Shown in pieces: positions 40,241 to 52,199 of a stretch of DNA of 64,000 bases (its first letter is position 1; every line of letters begins with the position of its first letter). Origin of the DNA: Camelus dromedarius (Eukaryota). A program made the position numbers and the translations under genes. A model generated the notes under the pieces. It made no database searches and was not told where the DNA came from. It saw only the letters and a program-made list of their open reading frames with translations. The DNA is taken from positions 100,752,001 to 100,816,000 of the forward strand of contig NC_087437.1 in the NCBI RefSeq assembly GCF_036321535.1. Reading direction: 5' to 3'.

Positions 40241-42878
40241 GAAATTCTTGAGGTAGCTCACTTTTCTTCATTGGAATTCTTATGTGTTGTATATCATATG
40301 ACCCCCTTTCTCTAATAGTTTTAATTTGTTACAGTTTAACATGTATATTTCTCTGTATTTTGAATATGTAAATCATTTTATAAACTTATTTATGTTCCAT
40401 TTCTGAATTTTACAGGAAATTATCTTGATATAGTATATTTTTTTGGGGGGGTCTCATTTTTTCTAATGATCAAGTGAAAGTAATGATAACTGATTTTTTA
40501 ATAGACTCTTATAATTCAGATCCCTGATATCTAAATCCTTGAGTGAAAAGTGCACCGTTGTTAAAGTTTGTGGCTTGCTTACACCACATACCAATAATTC
40601 AATTTTACTGATAATGTTTGTAAAGATGATTATGTTTGTCTAAATTTTGTAATTCTAAAGCAATCATACTGGGAACTGAAAGCAGTTGAGAACTTAGGCC
40701 TGTAACTCCAACTAGCAAGTATATCTTAAACAAATTAGCACTCTGTGTGAGTACAGTAATATTGTATGATTTGAGATATGCTTTCTAGAAGGTAAAGCAT
40801 TTTAACACCAGCAACCATTTCTGAAAATCAGAAATTTGGGTGACAGTGCTAAATAGGAGCTTATGCCTGGTTTCATTAACGTTAAATGGGAAAACCATAT
40901 ACGTATCTGTGCATGTAACAACTCTCATGTTCAGATGTCAAATGCCTACAGCATCCTTTTATGCTCATTATTAGATAATTAAAAATTGTTTGTATTCATT
41001 AACATATAAAGTTTGCATATAGATTCACAAATACTATATTTACAACATGGTAAATATTTTCTGATATTAAAGAGGTTTATCTTTGAAAGCAGACAAAAAT
41101 AAAAACAACAGGAAAATGTCACATAATGTTTTTCCACCATGTAAAGTTGAAACTTGAAGCTTAAACAAAATTAAGAAACAAGGAAGGGAGGATGGTTGAG
41201 AATGTCATTTAAAGAACCTGGGAAAAGCAAAACAAAACAAAACAAAAAAAGTGACTTGCTGGATGGGGATGAAAACCAACAATATCAAGCAAATATCCAA
41301 GCAAGATAGTTTTTTTAAAAACACTTTTGGCTGCGATGCTGTAGCTTTCCCTGACAGTGATGGGTTTTTTTATACCTTCCATGGAGGTGGTCAATGAATG
41401 AAGATGAAAAAATTGCAAAATAGACCTTTCCCTTTTCCAGTGATTATGTTTCATAAAGAAACAAGGAAGTGCTTTAAAAAGAGAAGCTTTTCATCATATC
41501 ACTGTCACTTTAAGGAGTTACCTCAGGACAGTTTATGCTTCCAGAACCCATCAGCCATTGATGCCTCCTTCAGCTCCAGTGATATCTCAGATTTACTTGC
41601 TCAATGTTAATACTTGGCATCCTTTTCGAAATATCTATGCATAGTTCTGATGATGTCCTCTTAATTGTATCTGGGTTGTAATTCGAGACTTTTCCCATGT
41701 ATCATTTTGTTGTTGAGGTTTGCGGACAGAGTTATACACTACTTTTGTGTAAACATCAGCTGATCAACATTGCATTGAGAAAAATGTACATTCTATGATA
41801 TCAGTTAAAATATGAAAGGCATTCATCAGGAAAATATTACGCAGGGAGATGGTGATCTGTGAGGTGTGTGTCATTTCTATGCTAATTTGTGGTGGTGTTA
41901 CTAATAGTCATACATTTTGGGGGAATACATAACTATTCCAATTAAAATATAACTGTTAGGAGATATGTTTCAAGATGTTAGACGGAGCACAAGTGTTTGT
42001 TAGGATCTTTTAGGTTACCAAACATTGTGTTTTCTTTTTCCCTCACTGGAATCTAAAAAAAAATGATAAATCCAACAAGAGTAAGGAAATTGTAAAGCAG
42101 AAATATCAACTTTATTGCTACTAAAAGTTGAGATGGAGTATGTAGCTTAATGAAAGCACCAAATGGGCCTGACAAATGAAACCTAGGATTAGACAGATGT
42201 GCCTATTCAATTATGGCAAAACAGGACCAGAAGTCTCTTACCATTAAGTTAAAATCCTGCTGTAGAAGCAGAGAAGGTCTCCATCCTACAGGCAAAAAGC
42301 AGCTCCTGAGGAAAAAACAGCTGAGCCCATTAAGCCCATGATGTCCTTATCATGTTTACAATTAGAAAAGTCACTGCTTCTCCCTTTGGGCAGAGTGAGT
42401 ACAGGGCGTGGAGGGAGGCTGGGAACATTACTCTCTGATCAACTTCCACGTGGAAGAAAACAGTCAATTTTTTCTTAATATTTTCCAAAGCCTTATTCTC
42501 TGTTAAATTTCAAATGAAGGCCGCAGTTTTTTCTTCAGATTCCCTTCTCTTAGAGAGGAAATATAGTTTGCAGAGGTAGGGTATTATCCAGAAGTGGTAC
42601 CACAGTGCCAAAATTATCTTGTCTGTCGTGTGTGGATAAAGCCTTCCGAGATTAGCCAAATCCCAGAAGAGTCTCCAGCTGCCACCTTCATGGCCTCACT
42701 CCCCTGATCCCAACCCTTGCTTCTATGGGTATCTTTCTGGGAACAAAAGACTCTTAAAATGGTCAGAACAGGACAGTAATGAAGTTGACTCCACGATCAC
42801 TACACAATTAACGTTGAAAATTCATTCTTTTATTTACCTAAAATTTTATCCAGTTGCATCAGAAGTTCTTTATATTTC

Positions 42879-43073
42879 CTTCAATAAAAAATTTAAATAG
42901 ATAAAAAACAAATTTCTTCTGTATAGCACAGGGAACTATATTCAATATCTTGTAATAACCTTTAATGAAAAAATATGAAGATGAATATATATACATATAT
43001 ATGCATGACTGGGACATTATGCTATGCACCACAAATGGATACATTGCAACTGATTATATTTCAAAAAAATAAG
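42879..43073 (+). mobile_element. Short L1 3' end insertion
   Basis: tgtatagcacagggaactatattcaatatcttgtaataacc motif. 17-bp TSD gaagttctttatatttc at 42862-42878 and 43074-43090. Confidence 0.9.
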
Positions 43074-43656
43074 GAAGTTCTTTATATTTCAATAAATGTA
43101 GCATAAAGATACTTCGAGAAATGCTTATAGTTCAGTAACAAAATGGTAGCAACATAGGAATATTACAAATTTGAATGTCTACCCCATTAATTTTATGGGG
43201 AAAATTAATGTTCAAACATTTCCTTTGCAAGTTAAAATCCAGTGGCCAAAAGATTGAAACCCAAAATCCTTTTCTCCTTTGTGAGTGAAAAGTCTGAAGG
43301 CTTCACCATGGTCTTTCTCGAGTCTCAATAAGGGATACTCTCGGTGCACAAAGAGCTGGGCTGCTTCACCAGCCTCAGTGGGAGCCTTCTGCGGGGGTCA
43401 CTCACACAGTGGCTTCCATATTCTCAAAACCAAGTTCGATACGCTTGACTTTTTAAACAGACCAGAGACTTAATAAGATGTAGATTACCACAGCAATGGC
43501 CTCAATCACACTAATTTAAAAAACAAGCAAATTTCCATCTTCATGAGCAGTTACCTCAGGCCAATTTATGCTTCCAGAACCCTGTATCTTTTGCCAAGGA
43601 GCATAACAAGGACTCAGTGGTATCTGAGGATACCATCTCTGTGTTGTTTTTGCCAG

Positions 43657-43865
43657 GATAGCAGTTGCTGCCAGTTGTCCTTAACCCAGAGCTTGACAAT
43701 GAACTGGAACTCTACCGGGACAAGTTAATTTTGGCAACATGGATCTGCAATATTTGGATTATGGCAAATACTATCTCCTCTCTCAAAAAAAAAAAAAAGG
43801 GCATGTGGGAAAAATGGTCATCTTGCAAAGTTTAAAATGTGCAGTGCTAGAAACCCCCATCACAG
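43657..43865 (+). pseudogene. Pseudo-exon segment, spectrin repeat helix A and loop
   Basis: ELDNELELYRDKLILATWI (cf. LDQCLELQLFYRDCEQxxxWM), followed in another frame by LDYGKY (43754-43771; cf. SxDYGKD). Confidence 0.55.
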
Positions 43866-44069
43866 GTCTTACTTGAGTTTCCTTTCTCAGCACATTACCC
43901 TCCTAATTTAAATTTTTGCTTAAACACTTTGTTTCTGCCACTCCAGTACTGAACCAAGTGTGGGTGATATTCAGCAGTGTAACACTTTGGCTATCTCTCA
44001 TGAGCAGGTATCTTTAGTCTTGTGCACACTAGCTGTTTCTATTACCTCTTTCTGTGGAATCACTAAGTC

Positions 44070-44228
44070 CGACAAGGCTGCATCCTTGGGAAGTTTACTC
44101 TCTCATATGTACTAAGACTGTTTAGAGACAAAGTGAGACCGTGTGGTGTAGTGATCTTTGAGCTTATGAACAAACAATAGGAATCCAAATTTAGCTCCTC
44201 CAAAGTTCGTTCCTTGCCTTAAAGATAG
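44070..44228 (+). pseudogene. Possible pseudo-exon, spectrin repeat helix B/C
   Basis: SDL*AYEQTI resembles DLxAYxxxI. Donor-like ag|gtgg at 44229. Confidence 0.35.
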
Positions 44229-44362
44229 GTGGATCAAGATAACATGAGTAACTTAACTGGAGAAGTGTATCTAACCCTAACACTAATAATTTCCTGTCAC
44301 CAGTATGTTTTTCTTTGTAATCTTTGCCTCAGCCATGCCTGCTTTGCACAACTAACCCTAAG

Positions 44363-44581
44363 CTGATAAAGGCTGCAGCAGCCTACACAGTGGGGCCACC
44401 ACTGCTTGTCGAGAGCTCATGCCCTTGCCAAGGAGTCTTGGGAAAATACCCAACTCTATAGCACACTGGATGCCATATAGAGTTGCCACAATACAAGTCC
44501 TGAGGAAGCCAAGGAAATGGCAATGGAGCAAAAGGCATCTGGACAAAGGACCATCAAATGAGAGGAAGGGAAACCAAACAT
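44363..44581 (+). pseudogene. Pseudo-exon, spectrin repeat (219 nt, phase 2-2)
   Basis: ctaaccctaag acceptor and gtaagc donor, length divisible by 3. A single frame reads **RLQQPTQW...KESW...SPEEAKEMAMEQKASGQRTIK*EE. The leading TGA TAA are single C>T steps from CGA CAA (RQRLQQ). The latter block matches the spacing of recalled TLEGAEAAIKKQEDFMTTMDANEE. Confidence 0.6.
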
Positions 44582-45420
44582 GTAAGCTGAAAGGGAAGCT
44601 TTGTCTACTTCACAATTACTCATGTGAGTACTATATAATTTGCAAATGCAGCCAAATAAATATTTCATGATAGTTTAAACTTACCTAAGCATTTTGGGCC
44701 ACCATTAAGGAGAGAGGCAGGCAGTTCAGTTGATGATCACAGGGCATTTAGTTAATGAAAAGCCATTGTTATTAGTGAGCTTTATTATTTGAAAATAGCA
44801 AACTGAAAGTTATCTACAGGTCAGCAAATAACAGACAATTGAAAGCACGTAGATGCCTCTGTCATCTATGGTTCTACTTAATTCGATTTTTCAGTTAAAT
44901 GCTATGTAGCGCATTATACAAAGAACTCCATATTCCCTAGGTAGGTATAATAGTTTATGGAGGCTTTACATTTTATTAATCTTGGGGAAATAGAAAATCA
45001 AAAGCAAGATCATATGCTTCATTCCACAGATCACGTAAATGTTGCAACAAGGTTAAAATAGACGATTTCAATAAACTGTTCTGTTTCCCCCTTTACGTCT
45101 CAAATTCTACCATATAACTTATAAAGTCTTATGAAATGGTGTTTAAAAACAGAAGGCAGTATAATAGTTATTTAAAATAATAAGCTTCATAGAAACTAAT
45201 AAATTTAGTTGGTGTGATTTGACATTGTTTTTTGGCATCATTTGTCCCCAGACAAAACAAAATCTACAGACTCCCAAAGAGCAGGTTTTCTCAATGTTCT
45301 ACACTTTAAAATTTTTGCTGGTGTTTGTGGTAGTATTGTAGCAGGATAGAACTAACATTCTTGGAGAGAATTCTTTATTTTCCTCTGTGGCTCCAAAATG
45401 TGCTCCTTATATTTATATGT

Positions 45421-45560
45421 CCTGCATTATTACACAACATAGAAACCTTCAAACACAGGCAGTAATAACATCACCAAGAGGGAAAAGGTACGTTCTGTGG
45501 CACAAATAGCTCTGCCCCAGCGACTGCCCAAAGATAGAGGAAATGGGAAACTAAGCACAC
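45421..45560 (+). pseudogene. Possible pseudo-exon, spectrin repeat helix B/C
   Basis: IITQHRNLQTQAVITSPR has the same spacing as recalled LIKKNQTLQKEIQGHQPR, then PSDCPKIEEM. Confidence 0.4.
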
Positions 45561-45984
45561 GTCAGAGTATCAATGCTGTCATTAACACATGCAATTGTTC
45601 ATGAATAGAAAATATTATAAAATTAATAGGAAATGGCATTTTAAAAAAAATTCGGCCCCTGTCTGATGCCATTTTAAAGATATTGAGAGAGATCCTACAG
45701 GCCAAAGAATTAAAATAAATTGATTAAGTAATTTCCTGCTGCATAGAAAATCTAAAATGCTAATAAGTTTACATTTAGAGATTTAGTTCTCAAATACAGA
45801 TTTGATTTATTTGCTGACTTTTAGATACCATTGTAACAGAGCTCCAGAAAATATACAAAAGAGGAAAACAGAATGATTGCTCCTAGACCAGGCATCATGG
45901 GGTCAGGAGTGTAATCCTAGGTAACTCTCAAGGGCTGCATTGTTTCAATCAAACTTGATTCAGGATACAAAGAAACACAATTTT

Positions 45985-46805
45985 ATTATTAATAAACTTT
46001 AATTTTTAAAACGGTTGTAGATTTGCAGAAAATTGAGTACAGAATGTTTCTTTCCCATATACTTCCTCTCCTCACAGTTTCTCATATTAACATCTTGATT
46101 AGTATGGTACATTTCTTACAACTACCAATAGTGACACATTGTTAACTAAGTTCCATCGTTTATATTAGGGTTCCCTCTGTAGTTCCATGGTTTTTTGGCT
46201 GATGCAGAATGTCATGTATTCACCATTATGATATTGTGCAGTGTAGCTTCATTGCCTTGAAATGCCTGTGCTCTACATATTCATCCATCCCCTCCTACCC
46301 TGAACTTCTGATAATCACTGATTTTTACTGTCAACGTAGCTTTGCCTTTTCAAAAATGTCATGTATTTGGAATCATGTAGTAGGTAGGCTTTTCAGATTT
46401 TTTTTTTTTTTGGCAGTATTCATTTAAGTTTCCTGCATGTCTTTCCATGAGTTGATAGCACATTTCTTCTTATTGCTGAATAACACACCATTGTATGGAT
46501 GTACCACTGTTTTCCTACTCACTTTTAAAGGCCATCTTGGTTGCTTCCAGCTTTTGGCAATTATGAACAAAGCTTCTGTAATTCACGTCCAGAGTTTTAA
46601 GTGGATGTAAATCTTCAGCTTATCTGAGTTAAGTATGTAGGAGCTAGATTGCCGGATCTCATAAAACTTTTGTAAGAAAGTGCCAAACTCTCTTGTGAAG
46701 TGGTTATAGAATTTTGCATTCTTACTCACATTGAATGAGAGTTCCTGTTGCTCTGCATTCCTGTCAGCATTTGGTATTGCCAGCTTTTTGAATTCTAGTC
46801 ATTAG
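45985..46805 (-). mobile_element. Old L1 3' fragment
   Basis: Antisense L1 3' motifs (ccattgtatggatgtaccac; gaatgagagttcctgttgctc). Confidence 0.8.
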
Positions 46806-46903
46806 AGATTTTGGCTTAGTGTTGATTCAGGATATTAAAAAAAAAATCTTTCCAATAGCCATAGTCATAATACAATAAAGACAATAAAATTTATTAATTC
46901 ATA

Positions 46904-46996
46904 CAATGAAAAATGTTAGATATATCTAAAGAATGTTAGATATATCTAAAGAATTTATCAATTCACATAATGAAAAATGTTAGATATATCTAAAGA
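46904..46996. repeat. Local tandem duplication of aatgttagatatatctaaaga (3 copies)
   Basis: Directly visible repeated unit. Confidence 0.85.
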
Positions 46997-47439
46997 GCTA
47001 CTGACATGTGTATTAAATTAGAAATATTAATGAATTCAATAATCTGTTAAATTGAACTTTCAAGTAAGCTGTTTACCTAAGGTAATAACCTTAACACAGA
47101 ATATTTCTACCTGCTCTTTTTGTTTCTTTCATGAGGAAGGTACTTTTATCAGTGGGGGGTCAGATTTTTTTTCTTTTTATCCTGTTAGAAATATTAATTT
47201 CAGAGAGAGTAAGGAGAAAATAAGAAGTAATTATAAACAAACAAACAAACAAAAAACCCCAACAACAAAAAGAAGTAATTATAAACAAAGATAACTAGTT
47301 TTCCTCTCTATATCCCACCATCTCATTTCTCACATACTTTAAACACTTGATATATTTTGCAAAACCTTAATAATTCTTAGAAAAGGAATGAAATCAAATC
47401 AGTTTTTCAGCCTAATTACTTAATTGGAGGCTGTAGTCC

Positions 47440-47862
47440 ATTGAGTTGTATAACTCAAAAAGATATGTTTAAATTCTAACTCCTAGTGCCCGTGGATGTG
47501 ATCTCATTTGAAAAGTGTCTTTGTGTATGTAATTAAGGATCTTGAGGTGGGTCCTAAATCCAGTGACTGGTGTTCTTATAAGAAGAGGAGAAGACACAGA
47601 GAGAAGGAGAAGGCCATGCGAAGGCAGAGGCAAAGCTTGGAGTGAGGCAGCTACAGGCCAAAGAATGCCAGGGATGGCTGGGAGCCACCAGAAGCTAGGA
47701 AGAAGCAAAGAAGGATTTTTCTGTAGAGCCTTCAGAGGGAATATGGCTCTGCCATTGCTTCGATTTCAGACTTCTAGCCTCCAGAACTGTGAGAGAATAA
47801 ATACCTATTGCGTTGTCACCTAGTGTGGTAATTTGCTAAGGTAGCCCTAGCAAACCAATGCA
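47440..47862 (+). mobile_element. MaLR LTR (MLT1C/D-like)
   Basis: aaatccagtgactggtgttcttataagaagagg...ctagcctccagaactgtgagagaataaat. Confidence 0.85.
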
Positions 47863-48855
47863 GAGTATTTTTAATATCTGAATAATATCTGGTTAATATC
47901 TATCAGTAAAACAATGATATAAAGAACCAGGCTATTAGTTTGATGAAGCTAAATTTAAATCTTAACTAAAAATAAGGTGCCAAATCTTTTTGTATTGGCA
48001 GTCATTCCTTATTTCATGACTGTAAGCATATTATTGCTTTAAAAAAAATGAGATGCTTGGATTTAACAGGGGATTGCAAAAATGTTCATATACATTTTTA
48101 TTTCAATAAGCTCTTATGGAACAAAATGATTTACCTGATTTGGAAAAGGTAATCAAAATTTAGTCGTATTGTATTTGAACCGAGTTCCCAGAAGGGTAAT
48201 TTGGTTATTAATTTGGTGTTAATTTAATGACAGAAGTCTTTTAGTTTGAAGGCCAGAAGATAGGATGACTTAGTGAACTTCCTTGGCTACAGAAGTGAAC
48301 AACGAAGCATTTCATACATGCTTATTTTGAAAAATGTTCTCTTTCCTTGACATATTAACCTAGGGCAGGAACCATTTCTAATTGGACAGTGAATAACTAA
48401 TATAATAAATCATTTGACTTAATTCATATTCTAAAACTCCATCCTTTAATTGCAGAAAATCATTTGGATTTTAGAGATTGTGCTCATTTCCAAGTTTTTC
48501 ATTTAAGGGTCTTTTAAAAAAATCACTTTAAGTGTATGTTGTGCATCCTTTCATATAGACCAGAGAAAGACAGAAGCACATTTTGATGAAGTTATATTAT
48601 ATAGATAATCTTTTATTAAACTTCTTAAAGGATCTATGACAGCTTCTTTTAATTGTTAAAAAACTACTTTTTATTCTAATAATCTCTGAGAAAATGGGAG
48701 GTTAGATTCTTTAATACATTTTATATAATGCATTTTAAGTTAAAATGATTCACTGATAACATAGGTGAAAAATGAAAAATACACAACCAGAGAATTAGTC
48801 CTTAATTGAGTATTTCATGTTTCTTAGTAACTTTATGTAAATCTTCTCACTTCAG

Positions 48856-48972
48856 ACAGAATGAACTAATGTTAATAGAAAAGTCACTTGGTTTTCAACA
48901 AAGTGAAATGAGATTTTCATCTTCACCCATCTTGGTCCTTGGACATATAATATCCTGTATCATTTAACATAG
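48856..48972 (+). pseudogene. Possible pseudo-exon, spectrin repeat C/A junction
   Basis: Acceptor cttctcacttcag. RQNELMLIEKSLGFQQ weakly fits RxxxLxxxxxFQQF. Confidence 0.3.
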
Positions 48973-49277
48973 GTGGTCAATGTCCTGCATGTGTCTACAT
49001 CTACTAAAGCTAGCTTATCATTCAATGTCAGTGATTAACTTGAATAATTTAAAAGGAAAGTTCATCTTGAAAAATCATTGTTAGAGAATGTCAGCCAATA
49101 TAAATCAAAAATACTTTATATGGTAAAGATTAATCCAATCATTAAATGAAACTGAGTTTTAAATTCAGTCAGTTTTGAATGTGCAGATCAAATCAATTTT
49201 CAAATTATCAGAATGATTCAATTATACTATTTGGTGATCTTTGGGTTCACAAGAATTTTGTTTTGCTTAAATCTGAG

Positions 49278-49400
49278 AGGATCCTGACTCAGTTATAATT
49301 TTTGTGATCACGAGGGAAAGAGCAGAGTTAGAAGCAAAGTTTGAGGCATTTGAGTAGCTATTGGCTTCACATGAGGGAAAAATCAGCTGAGACAGCTGAT
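49278..49400 (+). pseudogene. Pseudo-exon, spectrin repeat helix B (best-preserved segment)
   Basis: AELEAKFEAFE*LLASHEGKIS matches the spectrin-repeat pattern K[HF]EAFExxLA[AS]HEx[KR][IV] at about 13 positions, with an in-frame TAG at 49355. Confidence 0.8.
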
Positions 49401-49497
49401 ATATCTTTCTTTTCATCAAATTTTGAAAAAAATTCTGAAATGTCTTAAGTGGTGGCCCCAAAATTTACAAGTAAAAATGTATGCATGCATAAAAATA

Positions 49498-50031
49498 AAC
49501 AGATGACTGGATAAATAAGATGTGGTATATTTAAATGATGCAATACTATTCAGCCTTGAAAATGACAACATAATGCCCTTGGCAGCAACATCGATGTCCC
49601 TGGAGGATATTATTCTAAGTGAAGTAAGCCAGAAAAAGAAAGAAAAATACCATATGAGATCACTCATATGTGGAATCTTAAAAATAAAATCAAAAAGAAG
49701 AAAGAAAAAGACAAATGGACAAATCAACATAAATACAAAACAGAAACAGACTTGTAAACATAGAATACAAACTTGTGGTTGCCAGGGGGGAGGGGAGTGG
49801 GAAGGGACAGACTGGGAGTTTGAAATTTGTAGATACTGACAGGCATATGTAGAATAGATAAACAAGATTATACTGTATAGCACAGGGAAATATATACAAG
49901 ATCTTGTGGTAGCTCACAGTGAAAAAGAATGGAACAATGAATATATGTGTGTTCATGTATAACTGAAAAATTGTGCTCTACACGGAAATTGACACAACAT
50001 TGTGAACTGACTATAGCTCAACTAAAAAAAA
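49498..50031 (+). mobile_element. Young L1 3' end
   Basis: ORF2 tail [15 protein letters not shown] and a 3' UTR shared with the L1 at 20256. Confidence 0.92.
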
Positions 50032-50832
50032 TAGTTTGCTTTAAAATTTCAAACACCCTTCTAAGTTGTATTTAAATTGTCATGAGAAACATCATTATGG
50101 ATTTACATTTTCAAGTTTTATTTCTAGACAACATTGCACTTTCTTGTTATAAGTGAAATTCTGAAGAATTTTCAGTTGTATTAATTTGGGGTCTTTAATT
50201 ATGGCTTCTTAAAATTCTGCCGTTCCCAAGTTTTTCACTTAGGGGCATTTTTAAATTACTTTCATTGACCACATATTTTGGATGGTTTTGATCACCAAAT
50301 AATATTTAGAAAATAATACATAACTAATTTTATGTGAATGAAAGTCATGTACTACTGTGCTCTACTCAGCATGAGATACTCAGTTTAGCGAGTAAGTTGA
50401 TAGACTTTCAGTTAAAGAAGCAGTTTAGTATTTTTAGACAACGTGGGTAGCTTGATCCACAAACGTATGACTGTGATTTTATGAAATGTTAATTTGTGGG
50501 CCCCATTATTACCCTTATAAATAAGAGATCATCATGAGAGTCCCTCTTAGAAAGATACCATCTTGGCCAACAATTGATACAGATCTTAGAATTCTGTTTG
50601 TATGCAGTGTATGCCAAGATAGCCTATCATGGCGTTAATATGTCAATTTGGGAAATGGACTCAATAAAAATATTTCAATTAAAAGTAAATTAATCAGAGT
50701 CTGCTATTACACAGTTTTAGTGCTCTTTAAAGTGATAACTACGGCAGAAGTCAGTGACTGAAAGAAATCTTTTTAAAAAACCAGCTCACTGAAAAAAACT
50801 AAACTTTGCCTCTTCTTTTTTGTACTGTTTAG

Positions 50833-51000
50833 AAATTTTTAAAACCTTAAGATAAAAAATCTCAAGGCATCTCTGCAGTTCACCAGTGAAGATTCCGTAT
50901 ACTTTAAAAAATGAATGTTGTAGCTATTGAAATGGAAAAGAAACTCAGAGAAATGAGCATCTTACCAGAAACTATTAAGACATCATTATGGATTCTTGAC
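50833..51000 (+). pseudogene. Possible pseudo-exon, spectrin repeat
   Basis: Polypyrimidine acceptor (50832). KNLKASLQ...K*M...YQKLLRHH in one frame with several stops. Confidence 0.35.
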
Positions 51001-52199
51001 TCTAAATCCTACCATGGTCCTAAAAGATTGTTTTAAAATGAGTACTACACTTATCTAGGGGAATAGGTAAATCAATTATAATAATAATATTCATACTTCC
51101 AGACATATTGCAACTACATTAACTGTCAGATTCTGCCATTCTATGGTATTTAGTTTATTTTTAACATAAAACATAGGGCATTTTCCCCATTGCAGCTTCT
51201 TATTTCTGTCTGAGACCCAGTACCGGAAAAGACACTCAACACTCCTGAGTGAGTTTCAAAACATGGAACAGTCGAGTTTGGGCTGCTTTATGTGATAACA
51301 AAGTCTTTCCTTTTAATAAAACTTATAAAACTATTCAAATATTTTCCTTTTCTCCCTTCCCTGATGGGTACAAACAAAGCAACTCTTGGAAGCCATTCTT
51401 CTGTGGTCATAATGAGACTGTAACTTCTAGAAAGACAATAATCTGCTCACTCCTATTTATACCTTCACAAAACACTCCTGAATTAAGATCTCCATTGAGA
51501 AAATCTAATTGCTTAATTCCAGTGAAACTTAAATTTTCTAGGAGGGGTTTAGTTTACTTATTGGATGTCACTTGGGTTTTTTTTTTTTTTTAATATGCTT
51601 CCAAAAGAATAATTTCTTCAGGCTACAGATGATAGGTTCATATAGTATAGTGCATTAGTAATATATAATTCTGAATTCTCTTGAAGCCCAATAAGCATAT
51701 TGGGGAGAAGAATAGAATAAAGAACAAGTTTGCTGTCCTAAGAATCCCCCCCACTCCCAGTTTTATTGATATATAATTGATATATAACATTGTTTTAGTT
51801 TAAGTATACAACATAATGATTTATGGACATATAGCAAAATGTTTATCCCAATAAATTCAGTTAACACACATCACCTCATGTAATTACAATTTTTTTCTTG
51901 TGATGAGAATTTACAAGATCTAGTTTCTTAGCAACTTTCAAACACATAATGCAGGATTGTTACCTATTTTCTGAGTTTCTTAATTGTCCCACCCAGATCT
52001 CAGGTGGAGATAGTAGTAAAGCTTCAGTTGTGGGAACGGTAAGGGCGTATGTCCCAGAATAGATTTTCCAAGTTACTGAATGTGAAAAAATTTTTACTAA
52101 TGTTCATATGTAAACCTTGACAGTAGAATACCTTTTAAAATGCAATTCAGATTTTTCCGTTTAATGAACATAGATTTTGAACGTTACCCAATGATTTTC

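Noticed and set aside
41522..41760. Minus-strand exon reading ADVYTKVVYNSVRKPQQ... (ITIM-like) ending at GAG|GTAACT
   Set aside because: No partner exons or Ig domain seen, it has stops, and the + strand interpretation is better supported.
43404..43432. RSS-like nonamer/12-bp spacer/heptamer (CACTGTG) on the - strand
   Set aside because: No J segment (FGXG) or V/C exons nearby, and cryptic RSSs are common.
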